A DNA stretch of 64,000 bases from a virus (Duplodnaviria; Caudoviricetes): the IMG/VR virus record IMGVR_UViG_3300010348_001841, one strand, 5' to 3'. The notes below the pieces were generated by a model, which saw only the letters and a program-made list of their open reading frames with translations, was not told the DNA's origin and ran no database searches. Position numbers and translations under genes: made by a program. How positions within the stretch are numbered: position 1 is the stretch's first letter; each line of letters begins with the position of its first letter. Of the stretch, positions 29,390 through 38,778 are shown one piece after another.

Positions 29390-30505
29390 TTACTTTCTGC
29401 CGGCTAGGGCTAAAATTCTTGCGAGATCCAACGATTCTTCTGTATCGCTGGGTTGAGCGACCTCCGCTCTGTTACCTGTTTTTGCAGACAATGTAGCTTC
29501 GTTCAACTGAGCCTTTGCAGGTGCAGGTTTACGGTCTGTAGCTTCATTTAGAACGCTTGGTAGATACTTGTTGTATGCACCTTGCAGATTCTTTGTCTGA
29601 ACTGATTCAAGTAATTCTTTCATAACCCCCTGCTTGTCCTTCGACAATGGTGCAAGAAGTTCATTCATAACCTTTTGTCTTTCGAGAAGGTCTTGGGATG
29701 TCTTGATTTTTGCATCCATTGATTCAACGATTCTCTGGCTCTTCTGGACTGTTTCCTTTAGGGCCTTCATTTCTTGATCCTTGGACTCAAGCATCTTCTG
29801 CATCTTCTTGATTTCTGTACCTTCATTTAGGTACGAAGTCATGAATTCAGCTGCAACGCTTTCAAAAATCTTACGACCAAAATCGTTTTCACGGGCGATA
29901 CGAATATCTTCCTTGAACTGTGTGATTTCGGAACGCAGAGTCTTCTCAATGTTAGACTCGATAATCTTAGCGGCGCGCTTTACAAATTGTGCCTTTGTTT
30001 CTTGTAGCTTTGCCTTTCCTTCTGCAACCATCTTAACCTTCTGCTCAACAAGAGACTTCTTGTCTGCGCGGAATTCGCGGATTTCTTCCGCTAGCTGCTT
30101 CAATAGGAAATTCTCAAGCTTAGAGAAGTTTTCCTTCATAGCCTTCTTCTCGGCATGGAATTCTTTCATCTCTTTTGCTACTGCTTCTGTAATGAACTTG
30201 TTTAGAAGTCCTGTGTGTTCAGTTAGCTTGCTCTTGTAGGCAATGCGTTCTGCGACAAGTTGTCTCTTGTCTTCGGCGAATTCTTCGAGTTCAGCGCGGA
30301 CTTTTTCTGTTAGAAAACGGTCCATTGATTCTACTAAGGTGCCTTTATCGTGTTCGAATTTACGTGCAAATTCCTCGCGGAGTGTTGCAGCTACTTCTTC
30401 ACGTGCTTCAGCAATCTTAGCTTCCCAAAGACCAACAATCTGGCCCCTAGTCTCTTCGGACAGTCCAATGCTTTCACTCAAGATCTCATCAATTTTCTTT
30501 GCCAT
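29390..30505 (-). CDS. gp22: Prohead core scaffolding protein (gp22-like)
   Basis: Coiled-coil E/K-rich protein between the protease and the capsid gene. Confidence 0.75.
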   Translation of the reverse strand: MAKKIDEILSESIGLSEETRGQIVGLWEAKIAEAREEVAATLREEFARKFEHDKGTLVESMDRFLTEKVRAELEEFAEDKRQLVAERIAYKSKLTEHTGLLNKFITEAVAKEMKEFHAEKKAMKENFSKLENFLLKQLAEEIREFRADKKSLVEQKVKMVAEGKAKLQETKAQFVKRAAKIIESNIEKTLRSEITQFKEDIRIARENDFGRKIFESVAAEFMTSYLNEGTEIKKMQKMLESKDQEMKALKETVQKSQRIVESMDAKIKTSQDLLERQKVMNELLAPLSKDKQGVMKELLESVQTKNLQGAYNKYLPSVLNEATDRKPAPAKAQLNEATLSAKTGNRAEVAQPSDTEESLDLARILALAGRK

Positions 30506-30517
30506 CTTGAGTTCTCC

Positions 30518-31162
30518 TTAAATTTTCAACTCGTTGATCAACTTCTGAACGTCTTTAAACAACTGTTTCTGGGCTGAAGCTTCGTACAGGGCACTTTTTG
30601 CAGTATCCATGACTCGGGCTCCACCCTTCATGTTGTATAGACTTTCATAGATTGTCCTAGGAAACGCATTAGGAGCACTTGGTTGCGCAACAATGTCAAC
30701 AGTCACGATTTCAAACTCTGAAACACGACCGCCGTCATCAACGTTTCCAGAACCACGGGATGAAACACCCAACTTTGCGCCCGACATCAACATTGTCTTT
30801 ACAATGCTACCCATCGGAGTTGGAATAATTTTCAACTTACCGTATCCGTCTGCACCTTCCATCCACATTTCTGTGATGAGGTGGCTAACGCGGTCAAGAT
30901 TGATAGAAAGCTCTTCCGGGTGGTCAAGCTCTCCCATAACACTCTGTCCCGCTGCTAATTTTTCAGTAATGGAATTTACAGCCCTAGCAATTTCACGAAC
31001 TGGATAAACACGTTGGTTCTGGTTTCTTACGTCACCCTGAATAAAGATCCCCTTCATGCAGAGATCTTTACCACCTGTCATCTTGTTATCTTCTTCGAAG
31101 AGCGTTGCATGAGCTCTGTCGAATGCGACAAATTCGTAAAGTTTATTTGACATGGCTATCAT
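30518..31162 (-). CDS. gp21: Prohead core protease (gp21)
   Basis: GIFIQGDVRNQNQRVYP, GELDHP, LGVSSRGSG, DIVAQPSAPNA. Confidence 0.95.
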   Translation of the reverse strand: MIAMSNKLYEFVAFDRAHATLFEEDNKMTGGKDLCMKGIFIQGDVRNQNQRVYPVREIARAVNSITEKLAAGQSVMGELDHPEELSINLDRVSHLITEMWMEGADGYGKLKIIPTPMGSIVKTMLMSGAKLGVSSRGSGNVDDGGRVSEFEIVTVDIVAQPSAPNAFPRTIYESLYNMKGGARVMDTAKSALYEASAQKQLFKDVQKLINELKI

Positions 31163-31170
31163 TTAAATCC

Positions 31171-32136
31171 TTACGCTGGCTTCTTGGTAAGTGGTGACTT
31201 TGTGAAGCCCTCACCGGATGCCTTGCCGCCTGTCCACTTTGCAGTAGTATCGGCCTTAACACCAGATGTCTTTGGCTTTACATTTACGTTGTCAGTAGGA
31301 GTGTCGTCCTTAGCTGAATCACCGTTGTACTTTCCATACTCACCGCCGGTTGCCTTGCTTCCCAATAGATTGTCTGGCTTTCCACCGTAGTCCTTCTTAG
31401 AAGGAGCTCTTGTGAATACTGACTTATCTTGTTCTGCACCAAGTGGAGTATCCTTACCAGTACCAACTAGACCTGCCTTACCCTTCTGACCGGTATCGCC
31501 TGTCTTGTTCAAGAACTTAGTTTCTTCATCCATCTTAGCCTTCTTGTCCATTTCTCCCTTCTTCTTCTCAGGAGCCTTGTCAAGCTTGCCGTCTTTCTTC
31601 TTCTCGTGCATTACTGCTACAACTTCACCGACAACTTGTTCGGTTCCGTCCATTGCAGGACCAGCTTCGGCGTCCATGCCGTCATCGCCAAAATCAGCAG
31701 CTAGATCAGCATGCTGTGGCTCTTGCATTTCTTCGCCCATTAGTGCATCAAATTCTGCACGAAGTTCAGCTAGTTGAGCTTCGAGGTCGTCGATGCGTTC
31801 TTCTGTACCTTCTTCACCAGAAGCAACTTCGTCGCCTACTTCATCTTCTGCTTCAGCGTCGTCGTCTTCGGCTTCGCCGTCGGCTTCTTCATCTGAGGCA
31901 ATTTCTTCTTTGTCTGTTGCGATTTCGTCTGTGAAATCTTTATTTGGTTCTCCGCCAACTTCGTCGGATTCGTCGATCTTTTCATCATCAGTCTCGTCGA
32001 CTTCTTCGTCAACGATACCTTCATAAATGACACGAGCTTTTTCAACGATAATTTGATGGAGAAGTTCAGCAGCTTGGTCTGACTCTTCCGATAGAAGTAA
32101 GTCCAGAACCTGTTCAAGCTTTTGTTGTTGTGACAT
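31171..32136 (-). CDS. Acidic prohead core/internal protein
   Basis: Very D/E-rich N-half and K/G-rich C-half; first gene of the head operon. Confidence 0.55.
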   Translation of the reverse strand: MSQQQKLEQVLDLLLSEESDQAAELLHQIIVEKARVIYEGIVDEEVDETDDEKIDESDEVGGEPNKDFTDEIATDKEEIASDEEADGEAEDDDAEAEDEVGDEVASGEEGTEERIDDLEAQLAELRAEFDALMGEEMQEPQHADLAADFGDDGMDAEAGPAMDGTEQVVGEVVAVMHEKKKDGKLDKAPEKKKGEMDKKAKMDEETKFLNKTGDTGQKGKAGLVGTGKDTPLGAEQDKSVFTRAPSKKDYGGKPDNLLGSKATGGEYGKYNGDSAKDDTPTDNVNVKPKTSGVKADTTAKWTGGKASGEGFTKSPLTKKPA

Positions 32137-32307
32137 GCCAATCTCCTTGATTAGTATAAAGTTCCAAAATCCATGATTTCATGGTATTCTAGGTATTTAA
32201 CTCGGAGACGGTTTATATAGGGGGAAATGGCCATAAAAGAGGCCATTTTTGAGTTTTGGGAAAGGCAGCTTTATTTAGTCTCGGTCAGGTCGAGATAAAA
32301 AACCGCT

Positions 32308-32526
32308 TTATAGGCCACCTTGATCTGGCGGCGGAACCTGACCATACATGTCTGGCAAGAAATTTAAATGTTGAGCTTTTTCATACTTTTCGGCATCGCG
32401 TGCCTTCCTCAACTTCTGAAGGTGGGTCATAGTTAGGCGAGGACGACGAGTATCATCCATTCTAGCTATGCCCAACTGGTCATCAGCTGGGTCATAAAAT
32501 TCAACAAGTAAGTCTTTTGCTTTCAT
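32308..32526 (-). CDS. Small protein downstream of portal
   Basis: 72-aa ORF DDTRRPRLTMTHLQKLRK...MYG; AATAAATA motif at 32532-32539. Confidence 0.6.
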   Translation of the reverse strand: MKAKDLLVEFYDPADDQLGIARMDDTRRPRLTMTHLQKLRKARDAEKYEKAQHLNFLPDMYGQVPPPDQGGL

Positions 32527-32537
32527 GTATGTATTTA

Positions 32538-34247
32538 TTATTGTTGACCAAAATTATCAATTTCGGAATCAGAAACACCCGGACCGCCATCGCTTGCAGG
32601 CATTTCTTCTTCAGCATCAGGCACCATTCCTTCAATGCCCGAACTTGTGATACCCACATCAGAAAGTCCTGCTGCTGGGCTGCTACCCGAGGTTTCTGGC
32701 GCAAAGGTCTTAGTAAGTCTGCTACGCTCTTCTTTCCACATGCGCTCGTTTTTCTCTAATTGAGCTTCGGTCCAACCTAAATATTCTGTAAGAATGTATC
32801 TCTTAGATACAAACGGAACGTCGAGCAATGCAGTGAAAGTGTTAATTCTTGCAGAGTCTAGTTCTAGCTTTCTATAATCTGAGAAAGATTGTGCTGGAGT
32901 AAATTTCAGGTTAAAGAGACTATTGTCAATTGTAATTCCACGACGCTTTAAGAAAAGCTTAAATTCTTCGTCAAGCGGTTCTACAACCTTATCTTGGTAT
33001 CTTGTCACAACCTTTGAAAAACGATATTCCTGCATGTATGCAGTGCCAAGTCTACCATCGTTTACTGTGGCTGTTCCATCCTCAGGGCCGGTCGGCAAAT
33101 AAGAACTCGGTACACCGAGGGCACGAAGCATCTTATTATTGAAATAGCGTAGATCGTCGATGTCTCCAAGATTTTCACCACCCGGAAGAACTTCAACCTT
33201 AGATCCACGCCCCTCGCTTGTTACAGCAAAGAAATAATCTTCAAGAATTGACATAGGATTATATGTCGAATCAACAATGTTTGCGCCACCACCGGTTCTG
33301 CTTGGAATACGTTTTTGTTGAACTTCATAACGAATACGTTCAAGGTACTGTTGAGCCTTGTTAGGAGGCATTGTACCGACGTCGATAAAGAAAACACGGC
33401 GTTCCGGAGCACGGTGTACACGATAAATCAAAATAGAATCTTCAAGCAATTCTTTTTGTTTGTAAACCTTGTAAATCTGTTCAAGGATACTCAAGCCAAA
33501 TGGCCAAGCAGCATTCATTCCATCTGTAAGGGAAAGATGAACAATGTGTTCAGCATCGACTGCCATTGCTCCACCATCTTGATAGTTTGCTGTTCCTGCA
33601 CCACCATAACCACCGGAAACATAATTCATATTTCCTTGCATAGGTGGAGAAAATACAATGCTGTTAGAACCAAATGCTTCGTTTGAAAGCTTGTTCAACT
33701 GGTTAGTTGCAACAAGGCTTTTCATGTTTAGATCAACATCCTTGATAAAATAACTTTCAATTTTTTTACCGTCGGACTCATTGACAATAACTTTTTCAAC
33801 CTTAGCCGGATCTATCCAGTAAAGTTCAAAAGTTTGCGGATCTCTTAGGAAAAACTGGTCTCCGTAAACCAATGTAGACCTAAACATTCCCCACAAACGC
33901 TTTGTTAGTTTGTTTAGTCTAATCCATTGCCCTAAAGATTTTTCAAGAATCTGAATTTCTGATGGTGTAGGTTCGTCGTTATATTCAATAACAAGTGGTA
34001 ACTTTGTTGTTTCGTCTAATTCGGTACCAAAGTCAGCAATTGTATCAAGGGCAGCGTGAATTTCATGATCAAAATTCATTTGATCATAAACTGCATATCG
34101 CTGTAATCTGTCGGGTGGGCCGGAATACACCTCCGGTAGCCAGTTGCTATATTTTGCAATAGATGCATAGGCAGATGTACTATCCACCACTCTCTGTTGC
34201 ACTGGTAGAACCGAATTTACCGGCTTGAAGAATTTTTTCCAGCTCAT
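32538..34247 (-). CDS. gp20: Portal vertex protein (gp20)
   Basis: LLEDSILIYRVHRAPERRVFFIDVGTMP, EDYFF, LPGGENLGDIDD. Confidence 0.97.
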   Translation of the reverse strand: MSWKKFFKPVNSVLPVQQRVVDSTSAYASIAKYSNWLPEVYSGPPDRLQRYAVYDQMNFDHEIHAALDTIADFGTELDETTKLPLVIEYNDEPTPSEIQILEKSLGQWIRLNKLTKRLWGMFRSTLVYGDQFFLRDPQTFELYWIDPAKVEKVIVNESDGKKIESYFIKDVDLNMKSLVATNQLNKLSNEAFGSNSIVFSPPMQGNMNYVSGGYGGAGTANYQDGGAMAVDAEHIVHLSLTDGMNAAWPFGLSILEQIYKVYKQKELLEDSILIYRVHRAPERRVFFIDVGTMPPNKAQQYLERIRYEVQQKRIPSRTGGGANIVDSTYNPMSILEDYFFAVTSEGRGSKVEVLPGGENLGDIDDLRYFNNKMLRALGVPSSYLPTGPEDGTATVNDGRLGTAYMQEYRFSKVVTRYQDKVVEPLDEEFKLFLKRRGITIDNSLFNLKFTPAQSFSDYRKLELDSARINTFTALLDVPFVSKRYILTEYLGWTEAQLEKNERMWKEERSRLTKTFAPETSGSSPAAGLSDVGITSSGIEGMVPDAEEEMPASDGGPGVSDSEIDNFGQQ

Positions 34248-36316
34248 GTTTGATTTCTTGTATATTTTAGAATGTCACTATTGACAGATACTAATTTGTT
34301 GGTTGCAAGTAAAAGTTGCTCTGTGAGAGCATTCTGAAACGCTAACATGCTATTTATGTCAGAGTTCTTAGGTGGTTTCTCTATTCCGGGACCTACAGGG
34401 GTCGATGGTGTTTCGGCTACTCCTGCCGATGTATCAGCTTGTTGTGCAGGTGTAGCTGGTACAGCAGATGGACTGTTTATAGTCGTCTGAGCTGGAGATT
34501 TAGGTACAGAAATTTTAGTAGAGCCAGTGATTTCTGCATCGGGAAAAAGTTTTTCTTTTAGACTATATAGAGCTGTTCCTAAAGTTTCACCCTTAGTACC
34601 TGTTATAGATTCCATAAGTTCATTTATTTTAGGATTTATAATTTTGTCACCAAACTCAAACCCTGCGACACCCGACGCTGCAAAACCCCCAGCAACACCG
34701 AGGAATCTAAGCAGACCACCCAAAGATGGTAAAATTCTACCAAACGCACCAGCTGTATTTGAAACAATACCCGCTAGTTTTGTGCCGGCGTTACCGAATA
34801 AACTTGTAAACGTAGAAATGCCCTTTATTGCACCTAATAAAGTCGCACCAAATCCCGTAATTATTAGACCTGTACCGATCCAACTTCTTGTTGATCCCGA
34901 TATGTTTTCGACACCAAATTTTACAGCACTATTGAAAGCTTCAATAGAAGTTGTTACTGCATTCAATTGTGCTTCGAGCGGATAAAATACTTTCTGTGTT
35001 GTGGCGGCAGCACTTTCCATTGCTGATTGCAATTTTGCAATAGAAGCCTGCGATTTGATTGCCGCATCGGTTTGCTCAGACGTTGCTTGAGATACAGGGC
35101 GACTTGCCTGATATAATTCATTTATAAGTTCAAGCGATTTACCAGCACTTGCATTACCTGCCTGAGCCTGTAATCTTAGAACCTTTAGTTGCTGATCAGA
35201 TACGTTTTGCATAATCTGATCTAACTGTTTTCTTGCTTCAACTGGATCAAGCTCAGGCAGTTTTCTTGAAAAATTCAAGAGTTGATTACCAAATGTTCCT
35301 AAACCAGATTTTGCCAAATCTTGAAATGTTGAGTTCAATGCAGGCACTGTGTCAGATGCCATTGCTGTAAATTGTCTTCCAAGATCTTGATTTTTGAATG
35401 CACTTGCAAATGCGGTTAGACGTTCGGCGCCTTCTTTTCCGTATTTTGCTGCCACAATTGCAATATCTGTACTAGAAGAAATTGCTTTATTGTTGGCTAA
35501 TAGTTGTTCCCTTGACATACCTACAGTCAAAGAAAGCTTTGTCATCATTGTGCCGAATCTTAGTGCATCATCAGCAAGTTCTTTTTCTGAACGCCTTCTA
35601 AGATCACTGTATCCTTGTGCAGACTCTGTATACGCACCGAGTAACTCTGCAGATTGCTTAGATGAATATCCTACCTCAGCAAGATTTTTTTGCGCCATTC
35701 CAAGAGATTTTGCAAATTTTGTAAATCCTACCGCATTTATACTACCTGAATACTTTTGCGCAACCTCTTGAAGATTTTCTAATCTAATACCGGTTAGATT
35801 TACGACCTGGTTCAAGGATTCCATGCTCTCGCGAGTAGAGTTGTTTCCAGAAAGTAAATTTACACCAGATTGAAATAATTCATCAGAAGTTTTGATATAT
35901 TGTTTGTCAACCTCTAATACGTGCTGACCTATCTTAGCAAGACCGCCAAGAACATATAAAACTTTTTCAGTGACACCCTGAAGCTTTTTACCTCTTACAA
36001 GACTTTTTTCATCTTCTTTATCGATGTCTTTTCTTTTCTTTCCTCTTTTTGTTTCTTCTTCGTTTGTCTTTGCAATTGTTCTAAACAACTTATCAAGAGC
36101 ATCTTGATTTTTCTTTTGACTACCTGTACCTTTACCTGCATTTCCAAAGTCATCAATTGCATCAAGCATTTCTTTTTGCAATTCAACACTCTTGGTAAGC
36201 AATTTAGCTATTTGTGCGGCGGTTTTCTGAGTAGCCCATGGCGGAATACCGTCAAGTGCATCCTTGAGTGCTCCGGATTCTGCCCCGGTAATATGTACTT
36301 GATTGATATCAGCCAT
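34244..36316 (-). CDS. Probable tape-measure protein
   Basis: 690-aa Ala/Leu/Gln-rich helical protein with a Gly-rich hydrophobic stretch; next to the gp26-like chaperone. Confidence 0.5.
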   Translation of the reverse strand: MADINQVHITGAESGALKDALDGIPPWATQKTAAQIAKLLTKSVELQKEMLDAIDDFGNAGKGTGSQKKNQDALDKLFRTIAKTNEEETKRGKKRKDIDKEDEKSLVRGKKLQGVTEKVLYVLGGLAKIGQHVLEVDKQYIKTSDELFQSGVNLLSGNNSTRESMESLNQVVNLTGIRLENLQEVAQKYSGSINAVGFTKFAKSLGMAQKNLAEVGYSSKQSAELLGAYTESAQGYSDLRRRSEKELADDALRFGTMMTKLSLTVGMSREQLLANNKAISSSTDIAIVAAKYGKEGAERLTAFASAFKNQDLGRQFTAMASDTVPALNSTFQDLAKSGLGTFGNQLLNFSRKLPELDPVEARKQLDQIMQNVSDQQLKVLRLQAQAGNASAGKSLELINELYQASRPVSQATSEQTDAAIKSQASIAKLQSAMESAAATTQKVFYPLEAQLNAVTTSIEAFNSAVKFGVENISGSTRSWIGTGLIITGFGATLLGAIKGISTFTSLFGNAGTKLAGIVSNTAGAFGRILPSLGGLLRFLGVAGGFAASGVAGFEFGDKIINPKINELMESITGTKGETLGTALYSLKEKLFPDAEITGSTKISVPKSPAQTTINSPSAVPATPAQQADTSAGVAETPSTPVGPGIEKPPKNSDINSMLAFQNALTEQLLLATNKLVSVNSDILKYTRNQT

Positions 36317-36337
36317 AAATTTCTTGATTATGTCCCG

Positions 36338-36374
36338 TGATAAATAAAAGAAACAATAGTATGACTATTTATCA
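36338..36374. promoter_or_regulatory. Face-to-face late promoters for the divergent tape-measure and gp26-like genes
   Basis: tgataaata 36338-36346 (+) and tatttatca 36366-36374 (-). Confidence 0.65.
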
Positions 36375-36395
36375 AAATATTTTCAGAGGTAATCC

Positions 36396-37241
36396 ATGGA
36401 ACAAAATTTACAGCAAAATCCACTGAAGCAATATTTCAGAGCGTTCAAAATTTGGATGAGATTGCCAAGCGGTACATCATATTACCCGGAAGGTTCAATT
36501 GCATTCTCTGAAAAAGGCGAAATTGGCATTATGCAGATGACTGGTAAAGACGAACTTATCTTGCAGAATCCTGATGCATTGCTAAACGGAGAATCACTAA
36601 TCGAGGTTATTCAAAGTTGTGTACCTGCAGTAAAAAATCCAAGAATACTTCTAAGTAACGACATTGATGCATTGATTACTGCTATTAGATATTGCACATA
36701 CAACGATAGTCTTGAAACAAACTTAATCTGTCCTTCTTGTGGCACCGAAAATACCTTCAAACTCAATTTGCAACATGCTCTCGATCATATGGAATATTTA
36801 GAGCCAGAATATGTTGTAAATCTCGACACCGGTGTTAGTGTTTTTGTAAGACCTTATGCATTTCCAGAAATTCTCGAAGGACTTCAGGTAAGATTCGAGC
36901 AGACAAAAATTACAAGAGCAATGGAAAGCTCAAATATGTCAGACTCACAGAAGTCAGCAATATTCAACACCACCTTCAAGAAGATTGCCGAGACTACGTT
37001 CAACCTAATGGCGAACTCTGTTATAAAAGTTGTCGATGAATCAAGAAATATAAATGTTACCGACAAGAAATTTATCAAAGAATTTCTTTATAACATTGAT
37101 AAAGGCAGTGTTGATAAAATTAGTGATCTAATCAAAGAAATCAACGACATTGGAATAAAGAGAACATTCACAGCCAAATGTACAAAATGTGAGCATGAAT
37201 GGGAAAGTGAAATTGACTTCAATCCGGTAAATTTTTCGTAA
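36396..37241 (+). CDS. gp26: Baseplate hub assembly chaperone (T4 gp26-like)
   Basis: NPLKQYFR...LPSG...MTGKDE...DIDALITAIR; two CxxC pairs (CPSC, CTKC). Confidence 0.75.
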   Translation: MEQNLQQNPLKQYFRAFKIWMRLPSGTSYYPEGSIAFSEKGEIGIMQMTGKDELILQNPDALLNGESLIEVIQSCVPAVKNPRILLSNDIDALITAIRYCTYNDSLETNLICPSCGTENTFKLNLQHALDHMEYLEPEYVVNLDTGVSVFVRPYAFPEILEGLQVRFEQTKITRAMESSNMSDSQKSAIFNTTFKKIAETTFNLMANSVIKVVDESRNINVTDKKFIKEFLYNIDKGSVDKISDLIKEINDIGIKRTFTAKCTKCEHEWESEIDFNPVNFS

Positions 37242-37468
37242 GGTCGCTAATCACGCTGCCTCCCGAAGAGTTAGCCGACCTAATTGACAAATACGGGAAA
37301 GACTCTCAAGCCCTAAAAAAGCAGATTGCAGAAATTTGTCTATATATGGAAGGCGGAGTCGAATGGAATACAGCCTGGGGTCTAAGTTACGAAGATAGAG
37401 AAATTTTAGTAAAGGTAATCAACGCTAAACTAAAAGCTGAGAACCCTGGCGCTAAGGAATATATGTAA
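37235..37468 (+). CDS. gp51-like C-terminal extension with no start codon of its own, reached by -1 frameshift from gp26
   Basis: The -1 frame is open from 37217 to TAA 37466-37468: FVRSLITLPPEELADLIDKYGKDSQALKKQIAEICLYMEGGVEWNTAWGLSYEDREILVKVINAKLKAENPGAKEYM. Slippery site A_AAT_TTT at 37229-37235. Confidence 0.7.
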   Translation, partial: FVRSLITLPPEELADLIDKYGKDSQALKKQIAEICLYMEGGVEWNTAWGLSYEDREILVKVINAKLKAENPGAKEYM

Positions 37469-37478
37469 GAGGTAGATT

Positions 37479-38051
37479 ATGCATAAAAAGACTGATATCC
37501 AAGATTTAGACATCCCTAAGGATGATATTGAATGCTGGGAAAGATATCCTAAACATCATTGGGTATACGATCTTTCAAGATTGCTCGATGCTCAAAATAT
37601 AAAATGGAGTCCTTATGAGACTGAATCTCTGCCTGATAGAGAACTAAACATGAGCTTAGAGACATCACAGACATGTGTTCGTCAGCCCGGTTATATCTTT
37701 GTAAAAAAGCCAAATTTAGAGGCAACTATAACAGAAGTGTATGTTACAAAGGGGGAGATAAAACTCATGCGTCATATCGATTCTCTTACACGAAAAGAGT
37801 TACCCGGAATCAATGGCGAAATAGAACTACGCATTAGCGCATTTGTCACAATTTATTTTCAGAAGTTCACAGGAGTCATCTCAGTAGAGTCATTGGGATC
37901 TGATATCTATTCAATGCGCCTAAAGCCATACTCAGACCTATCCCAAGAAACAAATGCAGAAGTTATAAAACTCATAAAGCGCATGTTCAAGAAGACTGAA
38001 ACAGTAATCGGTCTGAAAGACCGAGCCCTTCATGAATCACTCGCTTCGTAA
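37479..38051 (+). CDS. Hypothetical protein, possibly degenerate ATP-grasp-like
   Basis: 190-aa ORF with RBS GAGG; IPKDDIECWERYPKHHWVYD...YIFVKKP resembles the N-terminus of a phage ATP-grasp-like family. Confidence 0.4.
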   Translation: MHKKTDIQDLDIPKDDIECWERYPKHHWVYDLSRLLDAQNIKWSPYETESLPDRELNMSLETSQTCVRQPGYIFVKKPNLEATITEVYVTKGEIKLMRHIDSLTRKELPGINGEIELRISAFVTIYFQKFTGVISVESLGSDIYSMRLKPYSDLSQETNAEVIKLIKRMFKKTETVIGLKDRALHESLAS

Positions 38052-38545
38052 ACTACGCTCGCAATTCATTTCGTGCTGTTTAGGAGAAAGAGAAGTTTTT
38101 TAGAAAATAATATTGACGGTGGAGTCAGAGAAAGGGTATCGTAGCAAAGCCTAAAAAGACAGTGCTACGATACCCTTCATCTTAGATACTTGACAGCATC
38201 ATCAGAGACTGAAACAGACTATTTTAGAAGCATTGGATTGATTATGTCAGCTTCTCGCTATTAGCGGCCTGTTAGGGGGACGAGTAAGACTACTTACACA
38301 AATCCTCGTGGTATATCGCAATTCCTCTTCAGCCAGTAATTGCACCACCTGCGGGCCATACCTTTCTTTCACATACCCACAGCAAATTTCATTTCACTTC
38401 ACTTACGTAGGATGCATGGTACAGCCTGGTCAAGGGTCCGTCCTATTTCTTTGAAGTTTGCCATTGCACACCCAATGGACCTGGCTGTTGCGCTCCATTC
38501 CGAACGACACGCCGGCGAAATTATTACCTTGGCTCGCCAACCTTT
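38008..38545 (-). ncRNA. Candidate large structured ncRNA (may extend to ~38780)
   Basis: Lies in a ~730 bp gap without a credible ORF; at least 8 helices, several needing G.U pairs that exist only on the minus strand (see findings). Confidence 0.55.
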
Positions 38546-38722
38546 ATTGTGATTTAGTAATTAGAAAAATTTGGATTTTATTTTTGAGACTTGGGTTTTG
38601 TGTATATAGAAAATTTTTGTGTAAACCTATACGCTGATGTCCTTGTACGTTCACGGGTCGCGTCACTCCCGCTATCTATTTTGAGTTATTGTGCTTGAAC
38701 AACTTTTTGTTGTTACACTATT

Positions 38723-38778
38723 TTAGCCCTGCGAGCAAGACAGGGCTAATAATTTTGGTCACAGCATTGCACTGTGAC
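38723..38778. other. Twin hairpins directly downstream of the lysozyme stop
   Basis: ttagccctg/cagggctaa (38723-38749) and gtcacag/ctgtgac (38758-38778). No U tract follows on the minus strand, so this is not a classical terminator for the lysozyme gene. Confidence 0.5.

Noticed and set aside
38340-38552. 70-aa plus-strand ORF inside the non-coding gap
   Set aside because: TTG start without an RBS, atypical composition, and it coincides with the densest minus-strand helices.
38052-38778. CRISPR array, tRNA cluster, tmRNA or RNase P RNA
   Set aside because: No direct repeats with spacers, no T-loop/cloverleaf pattern and no GAGGAAAGUCC-type motif was seen.
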